From the human T2T-CHM13v2.0 reference genome, Homo sapiens: a stretch of 64,000 bases of DNA. Under the pieces are notes generated by a model that saw only the letters and a program-made list of their open reading frames with translations, was not told where the DNA came from and did no database searches. Location of the stretch: the NCBI RefSeq assembly GCF_009914755.1, contig NC_060947.1; one strand, written 5' to 3'. Within the stretch, counting starts at the first letter, position 1. Each line of letters starts with the position of its first letter. Positions 61,038 through 64,000 of the stretch are shown here, piece after piece. The position numbers were made by a program, and so were the translations under genes.

Positions 61038-61764
61038 TAGTAGACACGGGGTTTCTCCATGTTGTCCAGGCTGGTCTCGAACTCCCAACCTCAGGTGATT
61101 GGCCCGCCTCGGCCTCCCAAAATGATGGGATTGCAGGCGTGAGCCACCACATCCAGCCAGGTAATTTACTTTTATTTATTTATTTATTTTTGGGAAAAGG
61201 TATCACACTGTTTGCCCAGGCTGGAGTACAGTGGCTCAGTCATAACTTACTGCAATCTCAAATTCCTGGGCTCAAGCACTCCTCCCACCTCAGGCTCCCA
61301 AGTAATTCCCAGCTAATTTTTTCTTTTTTTAGTGGAAAGGAAGTCGCACTATGTTGCCCAGCCTTGTCTTGAACTCCTGGGCTCAAGTGATCTTCTTGTG
61401 ACTGGGTAATGTATTTATTTTTATTTATAAATGTTTTTTATTTATATAATTGGGACTCACTATGTTGCCCAGGCTGGTCTCCAACTCCTGAGCTCAAGCA
61501 ACCCTCTTGCCTTGACCTCCCAAAGTGTTAGCATTACAGGTGTGAGCCACTGTGCCCGGCACTTGAAATCTTTTTAAACATTTTTATTTACTTATTAGTT
61601 ATTTAAGGCTGGGTAATTCATAAAGTGAAGAGGTTTATGTGGCTCACAGTTCTGCAGACTGTACAAGAAGCATGACAGTATCTGTTTGGCTTCTGGTCAG
61701 GGCCTTTTGCTGCTTTCATTCATGGCCTAAGTCCAAGGAGAGCCACCATGCAGAGATCACATAG

Positions 61765-62088
<324 letters not shown>

Positions 62089-62691
62089 TAGTAGAGACAG
62101 CGTTTCACCATGTTGGCCAGAATGGTCTCAATCTCTTGACCTCGTGATCCACCCACCTCGGCCTCCCAAAGTGCTGGGATTACAGGAGTGAGCCACCACG
62201 CCCAGCCTTTGCCAGGCTCTTTTCAACAACCAGTTCCCCAGGGAACTAAGAGTGAGAACGAACTCACTCCCTTCCTGAGAGATCCACCCACAAGATCCAA
62301 ACACCTCTAATCAGGCCCCTCCTCCAACACTGGGGATCAAATTTTAACACGAGGGTTGGCGGAGCCAAACCGTGTCTAAACCATAGGAGTAAGCTTTTCT
62401 GTGTTATTTGTGACAATTCATCAATCTGTATGCTTATAAATCAGTGTATGCCATACCGTGATTAAACAGGTTTAAAAATTCTTCTAGAAGTTTTAACAGG
62501 GAACAATAGCTAGAATATTTTGTTAAGTGGAAAAAGCAATTTCAGAAGTGTGCAGGTGACTTCTGGGGAATTGGTCACAGTCTCTTTTTTAACCTGGCAG
62601 GGGTTACACATATATTAATTTTACAATTCATTAAACTGTTTATGTACATTGTATGCATGTTCTTCTCTATTAGCTATATATCACCATTTTA

Positions 62692-62985
<294 letters not shown>

Positions 62986-62988
62986 TTA

Positions 62989-63517
<529 letters not shown>

Positions 63518-64000
63518 TTAAGGGAAGGGGAAAGTATGATGACACTATTTCATCAAATAGAGAAGATTAAGTAAGAAGTAAAAATTACAAAAAACCCACA
63601 AATTGCCGGGCGCGGTGGCTCACGCCTGTAATCCCAGCACCTTGGGAGGCTGAGGCGGGTGGATCACGAGGTCAGGAGATCGAGATCATCCTGGCTAACA
63701 CGGTGAAACCCTGTCTCTAATAAAAATACAAAAACAAATTAGTCTGGTGTGGTGGCGGGTGCCTGTAGTCCCAGCTACTCAGGAGGCTGAGGCAGGAGAA
63801 TGGTGTGAACCTGGGAGGCAAAGCTTGCAGTGAGCCGAGATCGCGCCACTGCACTCCAGGCTGGGCGACAGAGTGAGACTCCGTCTCAAAACAAAACAAA
63901 ACCCCACAAATCTTGAAGTTGAATAGTACTGTATAATAACTGAAATGAGAAGAGAAAAAAGAAAAAAATTCACTAGAGGGGATAACAGTAAATTAGAGCT

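Overview
Human (or very closely related hominid) genomic DNA from the Xp11.23 region, not prokaryotic. Three spliced protein-coding genes lie on the minus strand: PRAF2 (coding exons 1-2; the rest is left of the window), WDR45/WIPI4 (10 coding exons, 1083 nt = 360 aa, or 361 aa with the NAGNAG acceptor) and GPKOW (11 coding exons, 1431 nt = 476 aa). I reconstructed every coding exon from GT-AG boundaries and reading-frame continuity. There are four CpG-island promoters, a U4 snRNA retropseudogene, and very dense Alu content with older L1, L2, MIR, MaLR-LTR and DNA-transposon remnants. Almost all ORF-track entries outside the exons are Alu or antisense artefacts. I found no convincing new multi-gene system. 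The best leads are: (1) an in-frame WDR45-PRAF2 read-through fusion; (2) a bidirectional CpG island at ~29 kb with a possible N-terminally extended WIPI4 on one side and a possible decayed spliced plus-strand gene on the other; (3) a near-consensus AluYb8; (4) tandem and fold-back duplications starting at Alu target-site duplications (TSDs); (5) a segment that, from memory, resembles the GAGE repeat unit.
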